A stretch of 64,000 bases of DNA. Source: an uncultured Phycisphaerales bacterium. Lineage in GTDB: Bacteria; Planctomycetota; Phycisphaerae; Sedimentisphaerales; Anaerobacaceae. This document shows positions 41,811 to 51,357 of the stretch, piece after piece. The notes beneath the pieces are model-generated. The model did not search any database and was not told where the DNA came from. It was given only the letters and a program-made list of their open reading frames with translations. Positions within the stretch are counted from its first letter, which is position 1, and each line of letters begins with the position of its first letter. The position numbers and the translations under genes are program-made. Location of the stretch: assembly GCA_963718665.1 (NCBI GenBank), contig OY970359.1, positions 1,088,001 to 1,152,000 of the forward strand, in the 5' to 3' direction.

Positions 41811-42260
41811 ATGATATCAAAAATTATTGTGCCAACAGACGGTTCAAAAACAGCTCAAAAGGCAGCTACTTATGCGATTGGCCTGGCAAAGCAGTTACAT
41901 GCCTCAATAATTATCATGAGTGTTGTTGATAAGCGATTCATGGTAAGTCGAACAGTACTTTTCAAGCCGTCCAGCCGGTATGTGACAGAGTCCATAGAGG
42001 ATTATCAACAGGAGGCCGCTGAAAGACATACAAGAGAAATAAAGAAACTGTGCGGAAAAAAAGGTGTCCGATCAAAGACCGTCATAAAATCAGGACATCC
42101 TGTTGAGGAGATTGTCAAAGAGGCCGAAAAGTCGAAGGCAGGCCTTATTGTTATGGGCTCCCATGGCCAAAGCACTTTAGCGGCCGCGACCCTTGGCAGT
42201 GTTACCTATGGGGTAATCCACAAAGATACGACAGTCCCGGTTCTGGTGGTAAGAAGGTGA
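41811..42260 (+). CDS. Universal stress protein
   Basis: IIVPTDGS, GHPVEEI, IVMGSHG..LGSVT and PVLVVR motifs. Confidence 0.92.
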   Translation: MISKIIVPTDGSKTAQKAATYAIGLAKQLHASIIIMSVVDKRFMVSRTVLFKPSSRYVTESIEDYQQEAAERHTREIKKLCGKKGVRSKTVIKSGHPVEEIVKEAEKSKAGLIVMGSHGQSTLAAATLGSVTYGVIHKDTTVPVLVVRR

Positions 42261-42323
42261 TACGTGTTCAATATAGAGAGTGACCTTATTGTAAACAAAG
42301 ATAAATTTTAGATAATAGTCATT

Positions 42324-44813
42324 ATGGGTTCGAATGCAAATAAGCCCGACGTTAAAACCGAGGCGAAGGAAGATCTCAAATCTTTGCCTATGCCGGAATT
42401 GGAGAAAAAACTGGCGTCATCGCCGGAAGGCCTCAGTCAGGCCGAGGCGCAGAAACGGCTGACTCAATATGGGCCTAATGAGATTGAAGAAAAGAAAACC
42501 AATCCATTCCTGAAATTCCTCAGTTATTTTTGGGGTCCCATTCCGTGGATGATAGAAATAGCGGTAATCCTGTCGGGCGTCGTCCGGCACTGGCCTGATT
42601 TTTTCATCATTCTCCTTTTGCTTGTTGCCAATGCCGTGGTCGGATTCTGGGAAGAACACGAGGCGGGCAACGCCATCGCTGCCCTGAAGGCCAAACTGGC
42701 TATCAAGGCCAGGGTGAAACGCGATGGAAAGTGGGTCACCCCGGAGGCGCGTGAATTGGTGCCGGGAGATGTCATTCGCGTACGATTGGGCGATATTGTG
42801 CCGGCGGATGCTCGCTTACTGGAGGGCGACCCGGTAGAGGTTGACCAGTCCGCACTAACAGGCGAATCTTTGCCCGCTACGCGCAAACCCGGCGAAGCCG
42901 TGTTTTCCGGTTCGATCATTCGTCAGGGTGAAATTGGCGCACTGGTCTATGCTACGGGTGCGAATACCTACTTTGGCAAGACAGCACAATTGGTGCAGGA
43001 AGCGCACACCGTAAGCCACTTTCAACGCGCAGTGCTGAAGATTGGCAATTATCTGATTATCCTCGCGGTAGCTCTGGTGGCTGTGATTATTACCGTCGCG
43101 ATATTCCGCGGCGACAAGATACTCACCACGCTGCAATTTGCCCTGGTGCTGACTGTAGCGGCCATTCCCGTAGCAATGCCGACGGTGTTGTCGGTAACGA
43201 TGGCGGTCGGCGCACGCCTGCTCGCTAAGAAAGAGGCGATTGTCAGCCGGCTGGTGGCCATCGAGGAATTGGCCGGCACAGATGTGCTATGTTCTGACAA
43301 GACCGGCACCCTGACCCAGAACAAGTTGACGCTGGGCGATCCGTTCAGCGTGAACAATATTCCTGCCGAGCAGGTCATCCTCAACGCCGCGCTGGCGTCG
43401 CGAGCAGATAATAACGACACCATTGATCTGGCCGTTTTGGGTGGACTGAAAGACAGGGATTCGTTAAAAGCTTATGAGGTGGTCCATTTCCAGCCGTTCG
43501 ATCCTGTGCATAAACGCACCGAGGCCGCTGTCAAAACCAAAGACGGAAAGACGTTCAAAGTAACAAAAGGTGCGCCGCAGGTGATTTTAGAATTGTCAGC
43601 CAATGCCGGGCAGATCAAGCCCACCGTCGAAAAAGCGGTCAACGAATTTGCGGCTCGAGGCTTTCGTTCGTTAGGCGTGGCGCACGCTGAAGGTGAAGGC
43701 CAATGGCAGTTTATTGGTGTGTTGCCCCTGTTCGATCCGCCGCGGGAAGACGCCAAGGCAACCATCGCGACTGCCCGACAAATGGGCGTGAATATAAAAA
43801 TGGTTACGGGCGATGCACTGGCCATCGCCATGGAAACCGCCAAAAAGTTAGACATGGGCACGAATATCCTCGATGCCGCCGGCCTGGGCGACTCGAAAAA
43901 GCAAGAAACTACAGCGGTGGCCGAGTCCATTGAAAAGGCCGACGGCTTCGCCCAGGTGTTCCCCGAACACAAGTTTCATATTGTGGATGTCCTGCAGAAA
44001 CGCGGCCACATCGTCGGCATGACGGGCGACGGGGTGAATGATGCTCCTGCGCTGAAGAAAGCCGACTGCGGCATTGCCGTTTCGGCTGCGACGGACGCGG
44101 CGCGAGCAGCGGCGGCCATTGTGCTGCTGACGCCGGGCCTGTCGGTTATTATTGACGCGATTAAGGAGAGCCGGCGAATTTTCCAGCGGATGAACAGTTA
44201 CGCGATTTACCGTATCGCCGAAACAATCCGCGTACTGTTGTTCATGACGTTGGCAATCCTGGTCTTCAACTTTTATCCATTGACTGCGGTGATGATAGTG
44301 ATGCTGGCGTTGCTCAACGACGGCGCGATTCTGTCCATTGCCTATGACAACGTTCATTACAAGAATCAGCCCGAGGCATGGAACATGCGCATGGTGCTGG
44401 GTATCGCCACGGTACTGGGCGTCATTGGGGTCGTCTCCGCCTTCGGCTTGTTTTATCTCGGCGAGCGTGTCTTTCATCTCGACCGTGCGCACATCCAGAC
44501 GCTGATGTATTTGAAGCTGTCCGTTGCGGGACATCTGACGATTTTCCTGACGCGCACGCGAGGCCCATTCTGGTCCATACGCCCCGCGCGGGTTCTATGG
44601 GCGGCAGTGCTCGGCACGCAAATAATTGCGACGCTGATAGCGGTTTATGGGTTGTTTATGACGCCACTCGGCTGGGGTTGGGCCGGGTTCGTGTGGGGCT
44701 ATGCGTTGCTATGGTTCCTCGTGAATGACCGCGTGAAACTGCTCGCGTATCGGATTTTTGATCCTGTCAAAGCCAAGACGCCGTCCGATTTGACACCGCA
44801 GATCGCCAAATGA
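42324..44813 (+). CDS. Plasma-membrane proton-efflux P-type ATPase (P3A)
   Basis: TGESLP, IPVAMP, CSDKTGTLT, FDPVHKRT, KGAP, TGDGVNDAPALK and LNDG motifs. Confidence 0.93.
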   Translation: MGSNANKPDVKTEAKEDLKSLPMPELEKKLASSPEGLSQAEAQKRLTQYGPNEIEEKKTNPFLKFLSYFWGPIPWMIEIAVILSGVVRHWPDFFIILLLLVANAVVGFWEEHEAGNAIAALKAKLAIKARVKRDGKWVTPEARELVPGDVIRVRLGDIVPADARLLEGDPVEVDQSALTGESLPATRKPGEAVFSGSIIRQGEIGALVYATGANTYFGKTAQLVQEAHTVSHFQRAVLKIGNYLIILAVALVAVIITVAIFRGDKILTTLQFALVLTVAAIPVAMPTVLSVTMAVGARLLAKKEAIVSRLVAIEELAGTDVLCSDKTGTLTQNKLTLGDPFSVNNIPAEQVILNAALASRADNNDTIDLAVLGGLKDRDSLKAYEVVHFQPFDPVHKRTEAAVKTKDGKTFKVTKGAPQVILELSANAGQIKPTVEKAVNEFAARGFRSLGVAHAEGEGQWQFIGVLPLFDPPREDAKATIATARQMGVNIKMVTGDALAIAMETAKKLDMGTNILDAAGLGDSKKQETTAVAESIEKADGFAQVFPEHKFHIVDVLQKRGHIVGMTGDGVNDAPALKKADCGIAVSAATDAARAAAAIVLLTPGLSVIIDAIKESRRIFQRMNSYAIYRIAETIRVLLFMTLAILVFNFYPLTAVMIVMLALLNDGAILSIAYDNVHYKNQPEAWNMRMVLGIATVLGVIGVVSAFGLFYLGERVFHLDRAHIQTLMYLKLSVAGHLTIFLTRTRGPFWSIRPARVLWAAVLGTQIIATLIAVYGLFMTPLGWGWAGFVWGYALLWFLVNDRVKLLAYRIFDPVKAKTPSDLTPQIAK

Positions 44814-44926
44814 ACCTATGAACTATACGAGAATGTCAGAACTGGGGCCATGCAGAGCAGGAGATTCAGAAAGATGAACCCCATAAATAAACAGACGCGA
44901 ACAATTTGGCTGGTATTGCCGAAAGG

Positions 44927-45802
44927 ATGAATATGAAAATCAATTCAAAGGATTTCCGTGTGCGGCCCGGAGAAAAGGTCAAACTCAAAGAGTGGCCGAC
45001 GATTGTAAAACCCTTTTGCAAGTCGAAGAAGCGGTATCAAAAACTCTTGGGAGAACACGTTGAGAAATTAAGCTCGCTGCAACGCCTTCACTACGCGTCC
45101 GACCGCTATGCATTGCTGCTAATTTTTCAGGGGATGGACGCTGCCGGCAAGGACGGTGTTATCCGGCACGTTATGTCCGGGGTCAATCCGCAAGGCTGCC
45201 AGGTTTTCAGTTTCAAACAGCCGAGTACTGAGGAATTGAAGCACGATTTTCTTTGGCGAACGACCTGCCGTCTGCCGGAACGCGGGAGGATAGGCATCTT
45301 CAATCGTTCCTACTATGAGGAGGTGCTTATCGTTCGCGTGCATCCTGAGATTCTCCACAGCCAGGGACTTCCGGATGAGTTGCTCGACGAGAAGACCATT
45401 TGGGATGAACGGTATCGTTCCATTGTTGACTTGGAGAGGCATCTTTATCGTAACGGAACGCGGACCATCAAAGTGTTCCTCCACCTTTCGCAGGACGAAC
45501 AGCGAAAGCGATTCCTCGAGCGCATTGATGAACCGGACAAAAACTGGAAATTCAGCATCTCGGACAGCAACGAGAGGAAATACTGGAAGCGTTACATGAA
45601 GGCCTATGAGGATTGCCTGAACGCGACAAGCACTCATCATGCGCCATGGTATGTCGTTCCCGCCGATGACAAAGAGAATGCCCCGTTGATTGTTTCCCAA
45701 ATTGTCCTTGATGCGCTCGATAAGCTTAAGATGGCATATCCCAAAACCACCGCAAAACGTCGACGAGAATTGAAATCTATCCGCAAACTGCTCGAAAGAT
45801 AA
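44927..45802 (+). CDS. Polyphosphate kinase 2 family protein
   Basis: [31 protein letters not shown] and PWYVVPAD motifs. Confidence 0.92.
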   Translation: MNMKINSKDFRVRPGEKVKLKEWPTIVKPFCKSKKRYQKLLGEHVEKLSSLQRLHYASDRYALLLIFQGMDAAGKDGVIRHVMSGVNPQGCQVFSFKQPSTEELKHDFLWRTTCRLPERGRIGIFNRSYYEEVLIVRVHPEILHSQGLPDELLDEKTIWDERYRSIVDLERHLYRNGTRTIKVFLHLSQDEQRKRFLERIDEPDKNWKFSISDSNERKYWKRYMKAYEDCLNATSTHHAPWYVVPADDKENAPLIVSQIVLDALDKLKMAYPKTTAKRRRELKSIRKLLER

Positions 45803-45996
45803 AACCATGACCATAAAAAACCACAACAACAATATTAAATCGACAGAGTAGGCCTCAAATCTGTGTCAGGGTATGGGGGTAAATTAGCCAAAGGTTTGGA
45901 GGATAAAGAGTTGCGCGGTTTGGCGGTCAGGGCGACAAAAACAAGTTGTAAAGATTTTAGCCGGTGGCGGTTACATTAATTACCAGACCCGAAGGT

Positions 45997-46848
45997 TTAG
46001 CTATAGATGTTGATTAAGCTGACAAAGAAAAGGATAAGCACGGCGAAGCAGGCAATCGGGATAATGTAAATAAACGAGCCCGGAGGCAAGGCAAAAGCAA
46101 TCGCCGCCGCAGCGGCTGTCGCGGCAATACCGATTTTGCTCGATATCGTCGCAATCAGCGACGCGGTGACCCCTACTTCCAGAGATGAGGCGGTAATAGT
46201 AACCGAAGATGCCGCTTTGGCGGAAGTCGTAACTACCCCGAACAGGGCAAGGGCAATGAGGAAGTAGTATTTGCTGAAACCCTGCATCGCTAATTGCCTT
46301 CGCAGCGAGGTCTTGGCGCGGAAAAACATAACCCTCGAACGCAATTCGGAGCAGTTCATCACCGCGGCGATTTGGGCATAATCCATGTTCTCGAAACAGC
46401 GGAGGATGAGAATGTTACGATATTTCAGCTTTAGCCGCTTCATCGCCATAAAGACCGCGTCGGACAATTCTTTTCGCAGAAGCTCAGTCAGGCCGTCGTT
46501 AAAGTCGGCGCTGACGCGGTTATGGATATACCGTTGTTCCTCTTCGGACAGCTCAACGGTTTTCCTGCGTTGAAGGTCCCGGTAGTAATGCTGCACCTTG
46601 CCCATCGCCGTCCTGAAGAGCCACCCCCAGAAATGGTCCACGTGTTCGAGCTGGTTTAGTGATTGAATCATAAAGAGTATTGTCTCCTGCAAGATATCCT
46701 GTGTGATGGTCTGGTCGAGCGTGAGCCGGTAGATATAGGCATAAAGACGCTCACTGGCCAGCTCAACAAGCCGGTTCATACTGTCCTTGTTGCCCAGTTT
46801 GGCCTCGTGAATCAGCGCCGGGCTTATATTTTGCAGCACTGTCGCCAT
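45997..46848 (-). CDS. ECF sigma-70 factor with C-terminal membrane extension
   Basis: Region 2 (DILQET..FWGWLFR), region 4 (YRNILILR..YAQIAAVM..FRAK) and hydrophobic C-terminal segments. Confidence 0.88.
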   Translation of the reverse strand: MATVLQNISPALIHEAKLGNKDSMNRLVELASERLYAYIYRLTLDQTITQDILQETILFMIQSLNQLEHVDHFWGWLFRTAMGKVQHYYRDLQRRKTVELSEEEQRYIHNRVSADFNDGLTELLRKELSDAVFMAMKRLKLKYRNILILRCFENMDYAQIAAVMNCSELRSRVMFFRAKTSLRRQLAMQGFSKYYFLIALALFGVVTTSAKAASSVTITASSLEVGVTASLIATISSKIGIAATAAAAAIAFALPPGSFIYIIPIACFAVLILFFVSLINIYS

Positions 46849-46868
46849 ACGTCTATCCTGTATATATT

Positions 46869-46894
46869 GTCCATAAGGAGCGGGGTTTGTTACA
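46869..46894 (-). promoter_or_regulatory. Putative ECF promoter of the sigma gene (autoregulation)
   Basis: TGTAAC-N16-GGAC on the minus strand, 21 nt before the ATG. Confidence 0.6.
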
Positions 46895-46941
46895 CATTTT
46901 TTATGATTTTTTCAAAAAACCGAAAAATTCCGCAAAATTCC

Positions 46942-46967
46942 TGTAACGCAAAGGGCAATTCCCGGAC
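46942..46967 (+). promoter_or_regulatory. Putative ECF promoter, divergent twin
   Basis: TGTAAC-N16-GGAC on the plus strand. Confidence 0.6.
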
Positions 46968-46974
46968 TTAGTAA

Positions 46975-47190
46975 TATGGAAGATGGCCGAAAAACGCGCC
47001 AGCCGGTTATCTGGGGGGGTGGCGCCACACCCCGGCCCGCTTCCAAATTTGCAGGTTGTTTCGACAACCAGCGAATGAAAAGTGAGAACCCGCTGCGACT
47101 CGACGGTTCCCGTCGAGGTCGGAAGGAAGGGTCGGCGTGACTCGAACGATGCGGTATCGGGTGCAGGCACAGCCGACCCTTCCGTTTTTT
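46975..47190 (+). ncRNA. Candidate small structured RNA (about 215 nt)
   Basis: Follows the promoter; hairpins GGTTGT-TTCG-ACAACC and CTCGACGG-TTC-CCGTCGAG; 12-bp stem GGAAGGGTCGGC/GCCGACCCTTCC followed by a U-tract. Confidence 0.45.
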
Positions 47191-47310
47191 AATACCCCCC
47201 CCCAAAAAAATCACTGCCGGATAACCCCGTTCTTTAGTGGTTGCGTTTTTTGTCGCGGTTACTATAATTATCGCCATTTAGAATTGTGCGCATTTTAGGA
47301 GACGGAAAAT

Positions 47311-49044
47311 ATGCACGGTATTCAATTGGGTCACATCGATTATGCTCTTCTGTTTATCTATTTTGCCTTTGTGCTGGGAATCGGCTTCGCGTTGAGGCGA
47401 TACACCAAAACCAGCACGGATTTCTTCCTCTCAGGCAGGTCGATACCGGCGTGGATTACGGGGCTTGCCTTCATATCCGCCAACCTCGGGGCACAGGAAG
47501 TTATCGGAATGGGCGCATCCGGCGCAAAATACGGCATTATGACCAGTCATTTTTACTGGGTGGGCGCTATTCCCGCGATGGTTTTCGTGGGCGTCTTTAT
47601 GATGCCTTTCTACTATGGCTCAAAGGCACGTTCAGTGCCTGAATATCTCAAGCTTCGCTTCGATGAAAAGACCCGTGCTTTCAACGCCATGTCATTTGCG
47701 GTTATGACCGTTTTCTCGTCCGGCATCTCGATGCACGTCCTTGCAAAACTTCTTGAGCAAATCCTCGGCTTCAATTATCACATGTGCATCATTGTCTCGG
47801 CAGCGATTGTGCTGATTTACATCTTCCTTGGCGGCCTGACCTCCGCAATCTACAACGAGGTCTTGCAGTTCTTCCTCATTGTCCTCGGTTTTCTGCCCTT
47901 GGTCTTCCTGGGCCTCAAAAGCGTCGGCGGCTGGGACGGGCTTGTCGCCAAGCTTAACGTCGTGGCAACCAGCCCAACCAACCCCGCGGGCAAGGCGTTC
48001 GTACCCGGTGCCTGGACTGAATCCTGGGCGCACATGAATTCCGCAAGCGCAAACCCAATGGGCGTCGAATGGTTCGGAATGGTGATGGGGCTTGGTTTTG
48101 TTCTTTCATTCGGTTACTGGTGCACGGACTTTTTGGTTGTGCAAAGGGCAATGGCGGCCAACTCAATGTCCGCCGCCCGGCGCACGCCCCTGATTGCCGC
48201 CTTCCCAAAAATGCTCTTCCCGGCGCTGGTGATTCTCCCCGGTATGATTGCCATCGCCCTTCATCAAAACGGCGGCTCCTTCCTGCCAAAAGACGCAGCC
48301 GGGAATGTGGATTACAATATGGCCGTGCCTGCAATGCTCGCCAAATTCCTCCCGCCCGGCCTTCTCGGTATCGGCATCACGGCTCTTATGGCGTCGTTTA
48401 TGTCGGGTATGGCGGGCAACGTTACCGCCTTCAATACCGTCTGGACTTATGACCTCTATCAAAGCTACATCAAGCCAGGGCAATCCGACCGGCATTATCT
48501 GCGTATGGGCCACATCATCACGGTCGTCGGCATCCTGTTAAGTATCGCCTGTGCTTATGTCGCAAGCGCCTTCAATAACATTATGGATATGCTCCAGCTT
48601 GTCTTTGGCTTCGTAAACGCGCCGCTGTTTGCGACGTTCCTTCTCGGAATGTTTTGGCGCAGAGCTACGGGCCACGGCGCATTCTTCGGCCTGCTTTCAG
48701 GCACACTCGCCGCCGCCCTTCACCACGGCCTGACCCTGCCCGTTGGCGCGACTATGGGAATCAAGGGCGGCTGGCTCTGTGGCGGTCACGCCCTGCATAC
48801 CTACCCGGTCGATATGGCACAGAACTTCTGGGCGGCCATTTACGCCTGGAGCACCTGCTTTGTCGTTACAATCGTCGTTTCGCTGATAACAGCGAAAAAT
48901 AAAACAGACGACGAATTGCGAGGCCTGGTTTATTCGCTGACCCCGCGCATCAAAGAGCAGGGCATTGTCTGGTATAAACAGCCGGCGGTCCTCGGCGTCA
49001 TTGTGCTGGCAGCGGCAATAGCCCTCAATATTATCTTTTGGTAA
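47311..49044 (+). CDS. Sodium:solute symporter family protein
   Basis: DFFLSGR, SANLGAQE, PEYLKLRF and YWCTDFLVVQRAMAA motifs. Confidence 0.93.
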   Translation: MHGIQLGHIDYALLFIYFAFVLGIGFALRRYTKTSTDFFLSGRSIPAWITGLAFISANLGAQEVIGMGASGAKYGIMTSHFYWVGAIPAMVFVGVFMMPFYYGSKARSVPEYLKLRFDEKTRAFNAMSFAVMTVFSSGISMHVLAKLLEQILGFNYHMCIIVSAAIVLIYIFLGGLTSAIYNEVLQFFLIVLGFLPLVFLGLKSVGGWDGLVAKLNVVATSPTNPAGKAFVPGAWTESWAHMNSASANPMGVEWFGMVMGLGFVLSFGYWCTDFLVVQRAMAANSMSAARRTPLIAAFPKMLFPALVILPGMIAIALHQNGGSFLPKDAAGNVDYNMAVPAMLAKFLPPGLLGIGITALMASFMSGMAGNVTAFNTVWTYDLYQSYIKPGQSDRHYLRMGHIITVVGILLSIACAYVASAFNNIMDMLQLVFGFVNAPLFATFLLGMFWRRATGHGAFFGLLSGTLAAALHHGLTLPVGATMGIKGGWLCGGHALHTYPVDMAQNFWAAIYAWSTCFVVTIVVSLITAKNKTDDELRGLVYSLTPRIKEQGIVWYKQPAVLGVIVLAAAIALNIIFW

Positions 49045-49055
49045 TGGAGAAAATT

Positions 49056-49271
49056 ATGAGCGATGGAATGAAACTTGATGTGCGGCTCCCGATAGGCATA
49101 ATGTTCGTTTTATACGGGGCAATGCTTGCTATTTACGGTTTGTTGTCCGACCCGGCTATTTATGAACGCTCGCTTGGTATCAACATTAACCTTTGGTGGG
49201 GATTAGTGATGTTCGCCTTCGGCGCGTTTATGCTGCTCATGGCGTGGCGTGGAGCCAAAAAGCGCCCGTAA
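49056..49271 (+). CDS. Small two-TM membrane protein accompanying the SSS transporter
   Basis: LDVRLPIGIMF..SLGININLWWG. Confidence 0.8.
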   Translation: MSDGMKLDVRLPIGIMFVLYGAMLAIYGLLSDPAIYERSLGININLWWGLVMFAFGAFMLLMAWRGAKKRP

Positions 49272-49305
49272 CGGCTCTCGTTAAGAGAATATAATCAACA
49301 ACAAT

Positions 49306-49341
49306 CGGCTGGTTTGCGATTGCAAGCCGGCCATTTTTTTT
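49306..49341 (+). terminator. Intrinsic terminator
   Basis: GGCTGGTTTGC-GATT-GCAAGCCGGCC followed by a T-tract. Confidence 0.75.
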
Positions 49342-49375
49342 ATACCCTCTTGATATTACTTAAGGATTATCGATT

Positions 49376-50524
49376 ATGACCGATGGACAACCAGTTCAAC
49401 AACCTCAACCACCCGCCCCGGCGGCACAGCCAGCCGCATCGGCAACGCCGCCACCTGCCCCGGCAGCATCGCCAGCCGCACCGGCTGCACCCATAGCCGA
49501 GCCGGGCCATAACCTCAAAGGCCCTTTCGAGGCGACTGTATTATTCAATAAAACCCTGCGCAAATGCTTCTGCCGGATGGGGCTTCAATTTACCGGCGCA
49601 GGAGCAGAGGCCTTCGCTAAAACAAGACCGGGCCAGTTTGCTCAGTTCGACCTCTCTAATGTCGCGCTGCCAGCACCCGAGGCAATACCGGATTGCCTCA
49701 AAGACGCCGCGACAAAACAGATTCTTCTTCGCAGGCCCTTCAGCTTCGCCCGCGTCGCCAAAGAGGTGAGTCCGCCGATTCATCCCGGGGCAGGCCCCGC
49801 AAGTCATTCCGCTATGCCCCCTTCGGCTGCGCACCCCTCGACTCACGTCGGGACGGGCAAAATAATCGTCGAGGTCGTTTACTGCGTCCTCGGCCCCGCG
49901 ACACTGCGTATGACCACGCTCGTTAAGAGCAATTCAATCAATATCATAGGGCCATTGGGTAATGGCTTCACGGTTCCGCAAGGCAAAAAACGTGCGCTCT
50001 TGGTCGCGGGCGGAATGGGTTCGCCTCCGCTCGAACACCTGGCGCAGGTCATCACCGCCGAACACCCGACTATGGACGCGATTGCATTTGCGGGTGCAAA
50101 GACAAAAGAGGATTTGCCTTTTGAAAGACCCCTCGACAATCTTTCGCGGGAGATTGGCTTCTGGCTCGGCGAATTCGCCAGGTACAGCATCAGCTCATTC
50201 GTCGCCACCGACGACGGCTCCGCCGGCTTCAAGGGCCTTGTCAGCAATTGTATCATCGACTGGCTTTCGCAGAACAGCATCAGCCTCAATCCTGCTGAAA
50301 CAATCATCTACGCCTGCGGCCCCCGCTCGATGCTTGCAACTATCGCCAAGTTCGCCCGCGATAAAAAAATCGACTGCCAAATCAGTATGGAAGAGATGAT
50401 GGCTTGCGGCATAGGCCTCTGCCAATCCTGCGCCGTCAAATGTAAAGCCGATGGCCCCGGCGAGACATACAAACTCTGCTGCAAAGATGGCCCCGTCTTC
50501 GATGCTAAAGAAATTGTCTTTTGA
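49376..50524 (+). CDS. pyrK: Dihydroorotate dehydrogenase electron transfer subunit
   Basis: PGQF, LRRPFS, GPLGNGF, AGGMG, ACGP, MACGIGLCQSC and CKDGPVF motifs. Confidence 0.88.
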   Translation: MTDGQPVQQPQPPAPAAQPAASATPPPAPAASPAAPAAPIAEPGHNLKGPFEATVLFNKTLRKCFCRMGLQFTGAGAEAFAKTRPGQFAQFDLSNVALPAPEAIPDCLKDAATKQILLRRPFSFARVAKEVSPPIHPGAGPASHSAMPPSAAHPSTHVGTGKIIVEVVYCVLGPATLRMTTLVKSNSINIIGPLGNGFTVPQGKKRALLVAGGMGSPPLEHLAQVITAEHPTMDAIAFAGAKTKEDLPFERPLDNLSREIGFWLGEFARYSISSFVATDDGSAGFKGLVSNCIIDWLSQNSISLNPAETIIYACGPRSMLATIAKFARDKKIDCQISMEEMMACGIGLCQSCAVKCKADGPGETYKLCCKDGPVFDAKEIVF

Positions 50525-50534
50525 CATGGACCCG

Positions 50535-50697
50535 TCCTCCGTAGCTTTAGCGAAGGAGGATTAACATGGGATTAACACTATTTCATTAAAATACTTAGCC
50601 CCGTCATCTTCACCAAAGGCGAGTGACGGGGTTATTCTTTTGCCTGCCCTGCGTATCCTCAGTGAAGTAGGGTCATTCCCGCGGAAGCGGGAATCCA
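50535..50697. repeat. Cluster of REP-like palindromes
   Basis: TCCTCCGTAGCTTTAGCGAAGGAGGA, CCCTGCGTATCCTCAGTGAAGTAGGG and GTCATTCCCGCGGAAGCGGGAATCCA. Confidence 0.75.
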
Positions 50698-50738
50698 GTT
50701 CTTTAATCGTGGACGTGTCTTCCGTTTCCTCGGCGAAG

Positions 50739-51155
50739 TTAAGCACTTGGTGAGACAAAACCGATTTTCTTGGCAAAAGCCAGTTCAATAACTCCGACCT
50801 TTCCCGGTATCCCAGCAAAACCTGCGAGCAATGGCCACAGCAAAGCAATGATAGCGGGTAGAGGATGATGATGAAAGAAAAGGTAAATTGCGCTCCCGAC
50901 TGCGGATGGCCACTTGAGCCAAACAACAATGCAGCAGGCAATCGTTGCAAAAGCAACATTGACGAAAAGATACCTTAGGAGACACCATAGGACTCCGAGA
51001 ATTACCACAACACCCAAAACCAAATACCAAGGGAAGAAAATGAACAGGATAGGTGCCAACGGTTGCGAGACAAAGGCTGGTAATGCTGCCCACTCGATTG
51101 AGCGAAGCCACAACCATCTCTTGATTTCATCATTAGTCCAATTTGTGAAATTCAT
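50739..51155 (-). CDS. Hypothetical membrane protein
   Basis: 138-aa hydrophobic ORF. Confidence 0.6.
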   Translation of the reverse strand: MNFTNWTNDEIKRWLWLRSIEWAALPAFVSQPLAPILFIFFPWYLVLGVVVILGVLWCLLRYLFVNVAFATIACCIVVWLKWPSAVGSAIYLFFHHHPLPAIIALLWPLLAGFAGIPGKVGVIELAFAKKIGFVSPSA

Positions 51156-51357
51156 ATTCGATGCTTATCCTGCCCACTTTATATCCAATTGCCGTCCTGT
51201 TTGTCAAAAGAAATTGTTGTGAAATCCCTCTTCCTCAACTCAAAACTAAAAACTGTCCACTGTACGCTGCCCGCTACGCGCCGTCTGTGGTCTTTTGTCT
51301 GGCGTCTTGTGTCTTAAACTGTCCGCTGTACGCTACCCGCGGAACGCTGCTCTTTAA

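Noticed and set aside
45950..45975. Third copy of the ECF promoter
   Set aside because: TGTAAC is present on the minus strand, but GGAC does not follow at 16 nt.
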